Below, one piece after another: positions 28,643 to 38,655 of a stretch of DNA of 64,000 nt. Both the position numbers and the translations under genes were made by a program. The stretch comes from an uncultured Myxococcales bacterium. GTDB taxonomy: Bacteria; Myxococcota_A; Polyangia; Palsa-1104; JAEUJZ01. The notes below the pieces were generated by a model. The model ran no database searches, had not been told where the DNA came from, and saw nothing but the letters and a program-made list of their open reading frames with translations. The stretch covers positions 55,275-119,274 of the forward strand of contig CAYWPR010000010.1 of assembly GCA_964460115.1 (NCBI GenBank). The letters run 5' to 3'. Each line of letters starts with the position of its first letter. The first letter of the stretch is position 1.

Positions 28643-29560
28643 TTAGGGATTCGCGCTGTTTTGCAGGCGCGCGGCCCGAGCGGTATTGCTTAGCAGCATG
28701 GCGATGGTCAGCGGCCCGACTCCACCGGGAACCGGAGTGATTGCTCGAGCGCGAGTGCGGGCCACCGCAAATTCCACATCGCCGACCAATTTGCCATCGG
28801 CCAGGCGGTTTATGCCCACATCGATGACCGTGGCGCCAGATTTGATCCATTCGCCACGAATCGCCTCTGGACGGCCGAGCGCGGCAACGACGATGTCCGC
28901 CCGTTGCACATGCGCCGCCAGATTGATCGTACGCGAATGACACAGCGTGACCGTGGCATCCGCTTGCAAAAGCAGCGCGGCCATCGGCTTGCCCACTAGG
29001 TTCGAACGCCCGATAATCACCGCCTCGGCTCCGAGCAGCGGTGTTCTGGCGGCCTGAAGCAGCCGCATAATGCCAAGCGGAGTACAAGGAACAAAGCGCG
29101 GCTGCCCCAGCCATAGATGGCCCACATTGTCCTGTAGCAGTCCATCCACGTCTTTTTTGGGGTCTAGCGTGGCCAGGATGCGATCGGCGGGCAAACCTGC
29201 AGGCAAAGGCAACTGCACAAGCACACCGTGAACTCGCGAATCTTGGTTCAAGCGCTTGATAAGAGCTATCAGTTCATCCGCCGAGGTGCTTGCCGGCAAA
29301 TGGAAATCAAAAATGGCAATGCCTACTTCTTGCGCCGCGCGGGTTTTGCTACGCACGTAGATTTGCGAGGCTGGATCGTCGCCCACAAGGACCACAGCCA
29401 GTCCCGGCGGCTGCACGGCGCCCTGCGCCAACTGCGCCGCGATGTCCGCAGCCACTTCGGCACGCACGCTTTGGGCCAAGGCTCGCCCATCCAAAATTCG
29501 CGCTTCGCAATGTGCCCCAGCGCCCGGGGCCAATTCAGACGTCGTCATCTCATCGGCCAT
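28643..29560 (-). CDS. folD: Bifunctional methylenetetrahydrofolate dehydrogenase / methenyl-THF cyclohydrolase.
   Basis: ARILDGRALAQSVRAEV aligns to the FolD N-terminus (KIIDGKTIAQQVRSEV). NAD(P)-binding GRSNLVGKP and the catalytic YxxxK region are present. The start is ambiguous (29548, 29560 or TTG 29584). Confidence 0.9.
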   Translation of the reverse strand: MADEMTTSELAPGAGAHCEARILDGRALAQSVRAEVAADIAAQLAQGAVQPPGLAVVLVGDDPASQIYVRSKTRAAQEVGIAIFDFHLPASTSADELIALIKRLNQDSRVHGVLVQLPLPAGLPADRILATLDPKKDVDGLLQDNVGHLWLGQPRFVPCTPLGIMRLLQAARTPLLGAEAVIIGRSNLVGKPMAALLLQADATVTLCHSRTINLAAHVQRADIVVAALGRPEAIRGEWIKSGATVIDVGINRLADGKLVGDVEFAVARTRARAITPVPGGVGPLTIAMLLSNTARAARLQNSANP

Positions 29561-29567
29561 TTTTTCA

Positions 29568-29912
29568 CTAATTTCGGCAATCAATTAGGCTGGAGGCGCG
29601 CCGCGCCACACACTTTGTAGGGAAAAATATGTAGTTCAGGGCCGTCCCCCCACAGCAAACACGCCACACGGTTTCGCGCTCGTTTTGGGGGTAGGCAGTG
29701 ACTTCATAAGGCTCGCAGCTTTTGCCAAACTGCTGAAATTCGGCAATTGCTGCCTTGCGCACGATGTCATCGGCGCGACCGGCTTGGGCGCAGCCACTTT
29801 CTAAAAGCGCGGTGTCGGGCTGGCGTTCCTCGCCGGTTTCGCCGGCGCACGCAATAACCCCCAAAAGGGGCAGCGCGAACGCCAGGCATAAAATTGGAAA
29901 CTTCAAGGCCAT
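29568..29912 (-). CDS. Small lipoprotein (hypothetical).
   Basis: Signal peptide with a lipobox MALKFPILCLAFALPLLGVIAC, about 115 aa. Confidence 0.5.
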   Translation of the reverse strand: MALKFPILCLAFALPLLGVIACAGETGEERQPDTALLESGCAQAGRADDIVRKAAIAEFQQFGKSCEPYEVTAYPQNERETVWRVCCGGTALNYIFFPTKCVARRASSLIDCRN

Positions 29913-29932
29913 CTTCAAGATCGATCCTCCGA

Positions 29933-30469
29933 ATGAATGGTACACTGATCTGGATGCAGACGGGATTGACGGTTGCCTTCGATTGCCCCCCGGGCTGGAA
30001 TAGCTCAGCGGGTGAAAATGAAGAAAGCGGTTCAGTACGCCTGGTCCCGCCGGGCGAACTCGATGCATGTCTTATCGTCGGTACACGACCGCTTTTTCAT
30101 ACGCCGGGCAAAGCGCTGGCGCCAGAAACGGTGGTCGATGAGGTTCTGGCGCTACAGCCTCTATTTCGCGTCGTTCGGCGGTCGCCTCCTGAACAATTGC
30201 AATCCATGCATGGCCGACTTTATCTAGTCCGTATCGTCGGCTGGCATGGAGAGCCTAAAATCGCCACAGGCCAGCTTGTCACAGTATTTCTTCCTCAAGA
30301 CAGCGCCTCGGGATCGCGCGCCGCCGTTTCGGTATTTTTGTGGTACACGGAAAAGGCGGGTCGAAAGTATGCGCCCCAGGCCATGTCTTTGTTTCGTAGC
30401 ATGCGTGTCGTCGCGACCTCGCAGCAAAGCTGGCCGCCGTCGGATGTATTACAGCAGTATTCGGAATAG
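29933..30469 (+). CDS. Hypothetical protein.
   Basis: Protein-like composition. Its start region crowds the divergent lipoprotein gene, so it could be spurious. Confidence 0.3.
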   Translation: MNGTLIWMQTGLTVAFDCPPGWNSSAGENEESGSVRLVPPGELDACLIVGTRPLFHTPGKALAPETVVDEVLALQPLFRVVRRSPPEQLQSMHGRLYLVRIVGWHGEPKIATGQLVTVFLPQDSASGSRAAVSVFLWYTEKAGRKYAPQAMSLFRSMRVVATSQQSWPPSDVLQQYSE

Positions 30470-30517
30470 CGCCAAGCCCGCGCGACACCGCGCCAAGTAA
30501 ACTAGCGACCGCAGGAA

Positions 30518-32650
30518 TTACCACACCCGTACGCGATCTTTGGGGGAAAGATACAGCGTTTGTCCGGGCTTCACATCGAAAGCGGGATACCAGGCATCCA
30601 GGTTGCGTACGGTCTCGCCTCGATATTTCTCGGGCGCGTGGGCATCGGTGATGATCTGCTTGCGCAGCGCCGGCTCGCGAATCTTGCCCCGCCATGCTCG
30701 ATTGTAGGCCAAAAAGAACTGCTGCTCGCCGTTTAGGCCCTGCACCGCCGGAGCCGGCTTTTTGCCTAAAGACTGCAGCCAGGCATCGTGCGTTGCTGAC
30801 AGTCCTGCCAAGTCGGCCAAATTTTCGCTCAAGGTCAGCTTGCCATTGACGTGCAGGCCCGGTAGCGGCTGATAGGCGTTATACTGCGCCACAAGCTGCG
30901 CGCCGGCTGCCTCGAAATGCCGACGATCCGCATCGGTCCACCAATCGGTAAGCTGTCCGTTGGCGCCAAACTGTGCCCCCTGATCGTCAAAGCTGTGGCT
31001 AATTTCGTGACCGATAATGGACCCGATGGCGCCATAGTTTGCGGCGGCGGGGGCCTTCGGATCAAAAAACGGAGGACGCAGAATGGCAGCGGGAAAATTC
31101 AGCGCCTGCTGCACCGGCAAATTCAGCGCATTGACGGTCTGCGGCGTCATGGCCCAATCGGTCGAATCCGCGGGCTTGCGCAGTTTCGCAAGCTCGTGCT
31201 TATACGCAAAAAGCTCGGCCCGCTCGGCATTGCCCACTGCATCGCCAGGCGTCACTTGCAAGGTCGTATAGTCAATCCAGTGCTCGGGATATCCAACGCC
31301 CACATATAAAGTGGCCAGCTTGGCTTTGGCTTTGAGCTTGGTCGCGCGCGACATCCAATCGAGCTTGTCGATGCGCTGCGCAAAAGCGACGCGAATGTTT
31401 TTGACCATCGCCTCGACCTGGGCCTTAAACGCGGGGGGAAAGTACTTCTTTACGTAGAGCTGTCCCACAGCGTCGCCCAAAGCGTCGTTGGTGGCGCCGA
31501 TGCCGCGCTTAAAGCGCGCCGCAAGCTGCGGCGTGCCCGACAAAGTCTTGCCATAAAAAGCGAAGTGTTCTTCGACAAAGGCCTGAGGCAAAAAATCGCT
31601 GCGCTGTTCAATGGCGTGAAACGCCAAAAAGTCCCGCCAGGTGCCAAGCGGCTCGCTTTTGGTCAGTGCCGAAAGGTCGCGGATGGTGCGCGGATGCCAG
31701 ACGATCAGCAATTCTTCCGAGGCGATTTCCGCCGCGCGAAAAAATGTTTCCCATTCCAGACCCGGGGCCCGTTTGGCAAATTCAGTACGCTTCCAGGGGT
31801 TATTGGCTTTGCGCACGTCCTGAGATTCGGCGCGGTCTGTGTGCAACTCGGCAATCTTCATTTCCAGCGCCATGATGCGCGCCGCCTTGGCCTTTTCATC
31901 GGCAATGCCCGCCAAGCGCAATACGTTGGCAATATGCGTCTCATATTTGGCGCGGAGCTCCGCCATATTCGAGGAATTGCTCAGATAGTATTCGCGATCC
32001 GGCAGGCCGAGCCCCCCCTGTAACAGATACACAACGCAGCGGCGCGGGTCGTTTAGATTCGGCGCCACCCAGGCGCCAAAAAGCCGCTCGGTATGAAACT
32101 CGGTACTGTTTAGCGGATCGACATCGGTGCGCAAGTCCTCGCCCAGCACGCGTGCCAGCGCTGTGTGATCTTGAATTTGCGCGATGCGCAAAAGCGCCGG
32201 CTGTAGCGGTGCGGTTCCCTGCGACTCAATGTTGGCGGTGTTGAGAAAAGTTGTGTAGTAGTCGCTGATTTTGCGCTCCAGCGATTCGGGCGGCGCATTT
32301 TGCGCGACCGTTTCCTCTATCAATGTCTTGGTGCGGTAGGTGGTTTCTTCGGCAAGCTCGTAAAATGTCCCCCACCCCGCTTTATCGGGCGGAATATCGG
32401 TGGACTTTAGCCATTTGCCATTGACGTAGTCGAAAAAATCATCGCCGGGAGCCACGGACTTGTCGATGCCAGTCAGGTCGAGGCCCTGATGAAAAGCCGC
32501 CGGAGCCACCGGCTGGGCTGCTGCGTTGAATTCGCAAAACAGCCAAGCGCCAACCAGAAACGAAGCGCGAAGCGAGCCGAGAGCTGTCATGTTCCACATG
32601 GGCCAAACATCATTCAGATTGACCCGCATTTCAAGCCAGACGCTATTCAA
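30518..32650 (-). CDS. M13 family zinc metallopeptidase (neprilysin/PepO-like).
   Basis: HEISHSFDD (HExxH), ENLADLAG (ExxA(D)xGG) and an N-terminal signal peptide. The likely processed start is ATG 32590 (MTALGSLRASFLVGAWLF). It has an 8-nt overlap with the upstream synthase gene. Confidence 0.9.
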   Translation of the reverse strand: MNSVWLEMRVNLNDVWPMWNMTALGSLRASFLVGAWLFCEFNAAAQPVAPAAFHQGLDLTGIDKSVAPGDDFFDYVNGKWLKSTDIPPDKAGWGTFYELAEETTYRTKTLIEETVAQNAPPESLERKISDYYTTFLNTANIESQGTAPLQPALLRIAQIQDHTALARVLGEDLRTDVDPLNSTEFHTERLFGAWVAPNLNDPRRCVVYLLQGGLGLPDREYYLSNSSNMAELRAKYETHIANVLRLAGIADEKAKAARIMALEMKIAELHTDRAESQDVRKANNPWKRTEFAKRAPGLEWETFFRAAEIASEELLIVWHPRTIRDLSALTKSEPLGTWRDFLAFHAIEQRSDFLPQAFVEEHFAFYGKTLSGTPQLAARFKRGIGATNDALGDAVGQLYVKKYFPPAFKAQVEAMVKNIRVAFAQRIDKLDWMSRATKLKAKAKLATLYVGVGYPEHWIDYTTLQVTPGDAVGNAERAELFAYKHELAKLRKPADSTDWAMTPQTVNALNLPVQQALNFPAAILRPPFFDPKAPAAANYGAIGSIIGHEISHSFDDQGAQFGANGQLTDWWTDADRRHFEAAGAQLVAQYNAYQPLPGLHVNGKLTLSENLADLAGLSATHDAWLQSLGKKPAPAVQGLNGEQQFFLAYNRAWRGKIREPALRKQIITDAHAPEKYRGETVRNLDAWYPAFDVKPGQTLYLSPKDRVRVW

Positions 32651-33788
32651 GAATGCCTACCTCTTGACAGTAACGTCGCAGCAGCGCATCGGCCGGGCCG
32701 CTGGTATGTCGTGCAGGCAGTCGGCGGTGAGGTGAAAATAGTCCGACACCAAAAACGTGAAGCAAGCGCCAAAGCTTGCCCGCTAGCGAAATTCGCGCCC
32801 GTCGGCGCAGCGGATCGTATTGCGCAGCGGCCAGGCGTTCTCCGATGCCTCGATAAATCGATTCGGCGGCGCCAATGCCCAGCCAGGCGGCTTTGGGCAG
32901 CATGGCAATGCCTTGGCGCGCTGCGCGATAGTGCAAAGCCGCGCGCTCTAGAACCTCTGCAACGGCGCGGCGCAAAGGCAAGGGGGCCGTCGGCAGCTTG
33001 GCGCAAATTTCTAAGACAGCATCGCGGTGCAAACCAAAACGGTGTAGCAATTCGTCGGGCAAATACACCCGTCCGCGAAGGCCATCCTCGCCGATATCGC
33101 GAGCAATATTTGTAAGCTGCATAGCCACGCCCAAATCACAGGCACGCAGATACACTTCAGCGCGCCGCTCGACCGGCATGCGATGGCCCATGACAAAGGT
33201 CATCATCAATCCCACCGTCGCCGCGACATGAAAGCAATACGTCAAAAGCTCGTCCCAGGAAGTGTAGCGGACGTCGCAGGCATCCATCTTCATGCCCAAA
33301 AGCAGGTGTTCCGGAATGGCCCGAGGCAAGCCGGTGTTTTGCACCACAGCATAAAAAGCTCGATCAATCGCGTCGGTCGTACCGTCTGCAAGCTGTCCGT
33401 CGTAGAGCTGCTCCAGACGCTTTTGTAAGGATTCTAGGCGTTGCAAAAGGACTGCAGCTTCGGCAGGCGCGCTCGAGATTCTGCCGTCTCCGCCGTTGTC
33501 TCCATCGACGCTGTCGTCGGCCTTTCGGCAAAAAGCATAAAGCGCCCAGGACTGATGACGCCACGGTCGCGGCAATAGCAACGACGAAAAATAAAAACTC
33601 TTCGAATGGCGCCGAATAAACGCGCGGCACTGTTGCAAGTCGGCCTGGCAAATAAGCGGTCCGACCAAACTGGATCCCATGCCATGGGAAAGATTGTGAG
33701 CATGTACCAAAGCCGCCTGCGCGACGGGCTGGGAACTGGCGGATGTCGAGGCGCTGCGCTGCATGCAAACTGCATAGCATAGCCGCAA
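32643..33788 (-). CDS. Squalene/phytoene synthase family protein (trans-isoprenyl diphosphate synthase, head-to-head).
   Basis: The two Asp-rich family motifs YAFCRKADDSVDGDNGG and YCFHVAATVGLMM...DIGED. Confidence 0.8.
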   Translation of the reverse strand: MRLCYAVCMQRSASTSASSQPVAQAALVHAHNLSHGMGSSLVGPLICQADLQQCRAFIRRHSKSFYFSSLLLPRPWRHQSWALYAFCRKADDSVDGDNGGDGRISSAPAEAAVLLQRLESLQKRLEQLYDGQLADGTTDAIDRAFYAVVQNTGLPRAIPEHLLLGMKMDACDVRYTSWDELLTYCFHVAATVGLMMTFVMGHRMPVERRAEVYLRACDLGVAMQLTNIARDIGEDGLRGRVYLPDELLHRFGLHRDAVLEICAKLPTAPLPLRRAVAEVLERAALHYRAARQGIAMLPKAAWLGIGAAESIYRGIGERLAAAQYDPLRRRARISLAGKLWRLLHVFGVGLFSPHRRLPARHTSGPADALLRRYCQEVGILE

Positions 33789-33814
33789 TCGGCCTTGGCT
33801 GTTATCCTGCCGAC

Positions 33815-34555
33815 ATGGTCAGCGCTGGCCTCATCGTCATTGGAGATGAAATTCTTTCGGGCAAGACCGCCGACACCAATACTCCGTTTTTGATCGCCGA
33901 GCTGCGCGAACTCGGTGTTTCCTTGGTGGAAATCGCCGTTATCGCCGATGACGTTGCCGGGATCGGCGAAACCGTGCGGCGTTTTGCCGAGCGCTACACG
34001 CACGTGTTCACCTCGGGCGGAGTCGGTCCTACGCACGATGACCTGACCATCGCTGGCGTAGCGCGGGCTTTTGATGTGCCGATGCAGCGCAATAAAGAGC
34101 TCGAAAGCTGGCTGCTCGACTACTACAATTCGCGTCTGCCAACCGCCGTGGAGCGCAATTTGCGCATGGCCGATATGCCGGTCGGCATCGCGCTGATTCA
34201 AAGTCCCGAGCTGCGCTGGCCGGTCCTGCAGATGCGCAATGTGTACATTCTGCCCGGCATTCCCGAAGTTTTCCGTCGCAAATTCATCGCCATTCGCGAG
34301 CGCTTTCGCGACACCCCCTTTTATCTGCGCCAGGTCTTTGTGCGTAGCGAAGAAGCCGAAATCGCCCGCCATCTCGATCAAATTGCGCAAAGCCATTTCG
34401 ATGTTGCACTCGGCAGTTATCCATTGCTGATGCCAGCCGCAGACGGACACTGCGTCAAAATCACGTTGGAAGGCAAAGACCAAGCCGCCGTCGAGCGGGC
34501 GACGGCCGAGCTGTGCGCATTGCTAGGCGAATCAACCATCGTTCGCCGCGCCTGA
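33815..34555 (+). CDS. CinA-like competence/damage-inducible protein (MoCF-biosynthesis domain).
   Basis: The N-terminal segment LIVIGDEILSGKTADTNTPFLIAELRELG is typical of the CinA N-terminal MocF domain. Confidence 0.7.
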   Translation: MVSAGLIVIGDEILSGKTADTNTPFLIAELRELGVSLVEIAVIADDVAGIGETVRRFAERYTHVFTSGGVGPTHDDLTIAGVARAFDVPMQRNKELESWLLDYYNSRLPTAVERNLRMADMPVGIALIQSPELRWPVLQMRNVYILPGIPEVFRRKFIAIRERFRDTPFYLRQVFVRSEEAEIARHLDQIAQSHFDVALGSYPLLMPAADGHCVKITLEGKDQAAVERATAELCALLGESTIVRRA

Positions 34556-34667
34556 AAATTCCTCTTTGTCAATTTTACCGTCGCCAGACTATTAAGAATT
34601 GGCGACAGCCCTTTACGTCAAGGATGGGCGCTGCTAAGCACTTACCGCTTTACTGCGGAGGTGATCT

Positions 34668-37600
34668 ATGCACCCAGTCCAAAGTTCTCGAAGTCTGTTG
34701 AACTTATCCCTATTCACCGCAGCAGTCCTTGCAGGCTGTTCTGCGGTCGCTCAAGCCCCTACCCCACCCGATTCGCCTGCTCCAAAATTGGTCGCCGGAA
34801 CGCAAATCGCGCACCGCGACAAGACGTTTGACGTACCGACCTTTGTCTTTATCGAATCGAGCGCCCCCCCTGCCCCCGGCAGTCAGGTAGCCGACGTCGC
34901 CTGGCGGACGCTGCGGCAACTTGCTCCGCTTTATCGGCTGACGGATGCGGCGCTTGACGCTACGACGTTGCGCGGCGTTCATGACACGGGCCGCGGCGCA
35001 ATCATCGCGCACTTTGCGCAGCGCTTGCGTGACTACGATGTCTTCCGTCTGGAAATCAGTATCGCGCTCAATCGCTCGCTACAACCTGTGGCGGCCAGTG
35101 GCTATCTGGCGCCGCGACTTAACGGCGCCGGTGCAGCCTTTGCGCTGGATGAAGCCAGCGCCATCGCCGCAGCCACCACCGCGATGCAAGCCATCGTCAA
35201 ACCGCGCGGCGGCGGCGTCCATCCGCAGGCCATCGGCACACCTCCTGTCACGACGTCGCGGCTTCGCCGCACCTACTATCCGCGGCCCGACGGACTTGTT
35301 CCTGCCTATTATGTAGAACTCGATGCGCAGGAAGGCCAGACAGCAAACTCAGAGATGTATGCCTTTGTCGTCTCGGCGCTAGATGGCAGTATTCTGTTTC
35401 AAAAAGATCTGACCGCCGCCGATTCCTATGTCTATAGGGTCTGGGCCGATAAGGACAAAACCTTTAGCCCCTGGGATGGCCCGCAAGGCACCGCTTTTTC
35501 ACCGCATCCGACGGGAAAACGCGATGGAACGGCGCTTTCCTTTGTACCCAGTCAATTGGTGACGCTACAAAACGCTCCATTCTCAAAAAACGATCCCTGG
35601 TTGCCTCCAGCAGCCACCGAAGCCCGCGGCAATAATGCCATTGCCTACGCTGACCTTTTCGCTCCCGATGGCTTTGACGTAAGCAAAGGTGACTTGATGC
35701 TGACCACCAGCGCCCCTGGCACCTTTGACTACAGCCTAAATGTAGAGACAGAGGACCCAGCCGGCAATTCACGCACCATCCATGCGGTCACCACCAACTT
35801 CTTTTATATCGTCAACTACATGCACGACTACTTCTACGACGCCGGCTGGGATGAGGCGTCCAGAAATCCGCAGAAGGATAACTACGGTCGAGGCGGTGTC
35901 GGTGGAGATCCCATTCGCGCTGAAGCGCAGGATTACACAGGGCGCAACAATGCCAACGCTTCCACGCCGGCGGACGGCAAATCGCCTCGAATTCAAATGT
36001 ATTTATGGGATCCTTCGCGCCGGCTGCATATCAATCAACCGGCCGATTTGGCCGCCGACCGCGACGCCGGCAGTGCAGCCTTTGGACCAAAGATTTTCGA
36101 CCTAACTCGAGATGTGGTGCTGGTTGATGACGGCGTGGATACGGCCGGTGATGGCTGTGAGACTCCGTTTGTCAACGCCGCCGCCCTGGCCGGCAAAATT
36201 GCCGTCATCGACCGCGGCAAGTGTTCTTTTGATGCCAAAACGCTGAACGCGCAGCAAAACGGCGCTGCCGGAGTCATCGTCGTCAACAACATTCCCGGCT
36301 CTCCGGCATCGATGGGCAGCTCGACCCCACCGCCGGCCACGCCAATTACCATTCCAGCGCTGATGCTTAGCCTAGAGGATGGCATTCAGATCAAGTCTCG
36401 AATCGGTAGCGGCACCACCGTCAATTTCACAATGCAATCGACGATGGTCAACAACGATAGCTCACTTGACGGAACCATCGTCGCACACGAGTGGGGCCAT
36501 ATTCTGTCCAATCGCCTGATTGGCAATGCAAGCGGCCTGGACAATACCCAAGGTGCGGGCATGGGCGAGGGATGGAGTGACTTTGTCGCCCTTTTGACCA
36601 TCACGAGGGCCGAGGATATAGAAGTCCCGTCCAATGCCAACTGGACAGGCGTCTATCCGGTTTCTTCCTACTCTGCCGGACCCGCCAACAATGCCAGTTA
36701 CGATGGCATTCGCCGCTACCCCTACTCGGCAGATATGACCAAGGCGCCGCTGACCTTGAAGCACATTCAAAACGGCGTGGCGCTGCCTACCATGCCGAGT
36801 CCCAGCTACGGACAAGATGGAGCAGACAATGCCGAAGTGCACGCCGTTGGCGAAGTATGGGCCAACATGCTGTTCGATTGCTACGTGGCGCTGCTTCGCG
36901 ATACGGCCCGCTATGACTTTGCGCAGGCCAATAAAGTCATGCGCGATTATCTTGTCGCGTCGCTGAAGCTGACGCCGTCAAGCCCGACCATTTTGGAAGC
37001 GCGCGATGCTGTCCTGGCTGCGGCTTATGCGAACAGCGCCGAGGACTATCAGTTGTTCGTTAAGGCCTTTGCCCGCCGTGGCGCTGGTATTGGAGCCGTT
37101 GGTCCGGACCGAAGTTCTGACGACAACGTCGGTGTTGTCGAAAGCACTGCCACTGGTGCCGACTTCACGGTCGAGGCATTTCAGTTAGACGATAGTGTAA
37201 CTAGCTGTGATCACGACGGTATTCTGGACAACGAAGAAGTCGGCCGCTTGACCATCAAATTGCGCAATACCGGCAGCATTCCGCTTTCGGCCACTGCCAC
37301 CGTGTCTGCGAGCAATCCCTCTGTAGGCGATGGCAGCAGCAAAGAACTAATCTTCCCAACTGTCCCGCCCTATACCAGCACCTCTGCGACGATGGATGTA
37401 CCGATAAAGGACCTGATGTTCAATCAGGCATTTGACTTACGTGCCACCATTTCTGCGCAGAACCAGGCGGTGCCGGGCGATGTTAGCGTCACCCGCTCCT
37501 TCCGCAGCAACTATGATGTTGCCTATGGCACTTCCGCCAATGACACGATGGATGATGCCAATGCGGTGTGGAACATTTCTTTTGATTCCAAACTCGATAC

Positions 37601-38582
37601 CGCCAATCCATTTCATCATAACGATGAAAAAGGCTATTGGTCGATCGTCGACACTGGAGCAACCTCAGACCATTATCTGACATCGCCACCGCTGAAAGTA
37701 TCGAGCAGCGGCAAGTTCGGCTTTACGCTACGTCATCGCTACAGCTTCGAGGCCGACATCGAGCAAGGCGCAAACTACGATGGCGCCGTCATCGAGATCA
37801 GCAGCGACGGAGGCAAAACCTGGCAAGATACTGGCGCGCAGCTTGTACAAAACGGCTACAACGGTACCCTGTGGAACAAAAATCCGCCGCTCGCCGACCG
37901 CTCGGCGTTTACCGCGCAAAGTCCCAACTATCCAGAGTTTCGCGATACGGTCGCCGACTTTGGTTCGGCCTATAAAGGCCAGACGGTCAATCTGCGCTTC
38001 CGAGTGGGCACCGACCCCGGCACTGGAGGACCAGGTTGGGATCTGGACGAAATCCGAATAACCGGAATCGACAATACGCCTTTCTCTTCTCATGTGGTGT
38101 CGCACAAAGCATGTCGAAACCGGCCGCCGATGATCACCCTGACATCGCAGATGGAGCAGACGGTACAGTCGGGGGCAACGGTCACTCTCGGTGCTTCCGC
38201 TACCGATCTGGACGGCGACGCGCTGACGTACCGCTGGACCCAGCAAAGCGGACCGATGGTCATGCTGAATGACTATCAGAGCACCGCGCCGACATTCACT
38301 GCCCCGGCCGTTCAGGAATCTGTGGTGCTGCGCTTCGCAGTAGTCGCCAACGATGGCACCGTAGACAGTGCCGCAGCGATAGCGCAAATTCACGTCGTTC
38401 CGAAGGGCGGACAAGGGGACCCACCGCCGACCTCATCGGGTTGCGCCATGAGCCCCGGCAAGCTCGGCCAATCTGCGGCAGGCAGTGCCCCCTTCGCGAC
38501 AGCTTGCATCCTGCTGTTTGCGGTTGCGGCTTTGCGTCGCCGACGGCGTTCTGCTAGCGCTGCTGTGAATCTCGTCCGATAA
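34668..38582 (+). CDS. Secreted M36 (fungalysin)-family zinc metalloprotease with a PA domain, a PKD-like domain and a MYXO-CTERM-type sorting signal.
   Basis: - Signal peptide.
- VAHEWGHILSNRLIGNASGLDNTQGAGMGEGWSDFVAL matches the fungalysin active site (HEYTHGLSNRL...GEGWGDF).
- PA domain (GKIAVIDRGKCSFDAKTLNAQQNGAAGVIVVNN).
- PKD-like repeat (TVTLGASATDLDGDALTYRWTQ).
- C-terminus SGCAMSPG...ACILLFAVAALRRRRRS (Cys-containing motif, TM helix, Arg tail). Confidence 0.85.
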   Translation: MHPVQSSRSLLNLSLFTAAVLAGCSAVAQAPTPPDSPAPKLVAGTQIAHRDKTFDVPTFVFIESSAPPAPGSQVADVAWRTLRQLAPLYRLTDAALDATTLRGVHDTGRGAIIAHFAQRLRDYDVFRLEISIALNRSLQPVAASGYLAPRLNGAGAAFALDEASAIAAATTAMQAIVKPRGGGVHPQAIGTPPVTTSRLRRTYYPRPDGLVPAYYVELDAQEGQTANSEMYAFVVSALDGSILFQKDLTAADSYVYRVWADKDKTFSPWDGPQGTAFSPHPTGKRDGTALSFVPSQLVTLQNAPFSKNDPWLPPAATEARGNNAIAYADLFAPDGFDVSKGDLMLTTSAPGTFDYSLNVETEDPAGNSRTIHAVTTNFFYIVNYMHDYFYDAGWDEASRNPQKDNYGRGGVGGDPIRAEAQDYTGRNNANASTPADGKSPRIQMYLWDPSRRLHINQPADLAADRDAGSAAFGPKIFDLTRDVVLVDDGVDTAGDGCETPFVNAAALAGKIAVIDRGKCSFDAKTLNAQQNGAAGVIVVNNIPGSPASMGSSTPPPATPITIPALMLSLEDGIQIKSRIGSGTTVNFTMQSTMVNNDSSLDGTIVAHEWGHILSNRLIGNASGLDNTQGAGMGEGWSDFVALLTITRAEDIEVPSNANWTGVYPVSSYSAGPANNASYDGIRRYPYSADMTKAPLTLKHIQNGVALPTMPSPSYGQDGADNAEVHAVGEVWANMLFDCYVALLRDTARYDFAQANKVMRDYLVASLKLTPSSPTILEARDAVLAAAYANSAEDYQLFVKAFARRGAGIGAVGPDRSSDDNVGVVESTATGADFTVEAFQLDDSVTSCDHDGILDNEEVGRLTIKLRNTGSIPLSATATVSASNPSVGDGSSKELIFPTVPPYTSTSATMDVPIKDLMFNQAFDLRATISAQNQAVPGDVSVTRSFRSNYDVAYGTSANDTMDDANAVWNISFDSKLDTANPFHHNDEKGYWSIVDTGATSDHYLTSPPLKVSSSGKFGFTLRHRYSFEADIEQGANYDGAVIEISSDGGKTWQDTGAQLVQNGYNGTLWNKNPPLADRSAFTAQSPNYPEFRDTVADFGSAYKGQTVNLRFRVGTDPGTGGPGWDLDEIRITGIDNTPFSSHVVSHKACRNRPPMITLTSQMEQTVQSGATVTLGASATDLDGDALTYRWTQQSGPMVMLNDYQSTAPTFTAPAVQESVVLRFAVVANDGTVDSAAAIAQIHVVPKGGQGDPPPTSSGCAMSPGKLGQSAAGSAPFATACILLFAVAALRRRRRSASAAVNLVR
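38446..38579 (+). other. MYXO-CTERM-like C-terminal sorting signal of the M36 protease.
   Basis: The GCAMSPG motif, then a hydrophobic helix, then RRRRRS at the extreme C-terminus. Confidence 0.6.
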
Positions 38583-38655
38583 CCTGCTGCCGCCAAAGCC
38601 GTTGGCGCTCCGTTGGCGCTGGCGGCAAATTCTTTCGAGCGACGGAAATTCTTGC

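Noticed and set aside
33434-34483. 349-aa minus-strand ORF.
   Set aside because: It is entirely antisense to the well-supported CinA-like CDS (33815-34555) and the squalene-synthase start region. Its amino-acid composition is junk-like (Arg/Ala/Gly runs), typical of GC-rich shadow ORFs.
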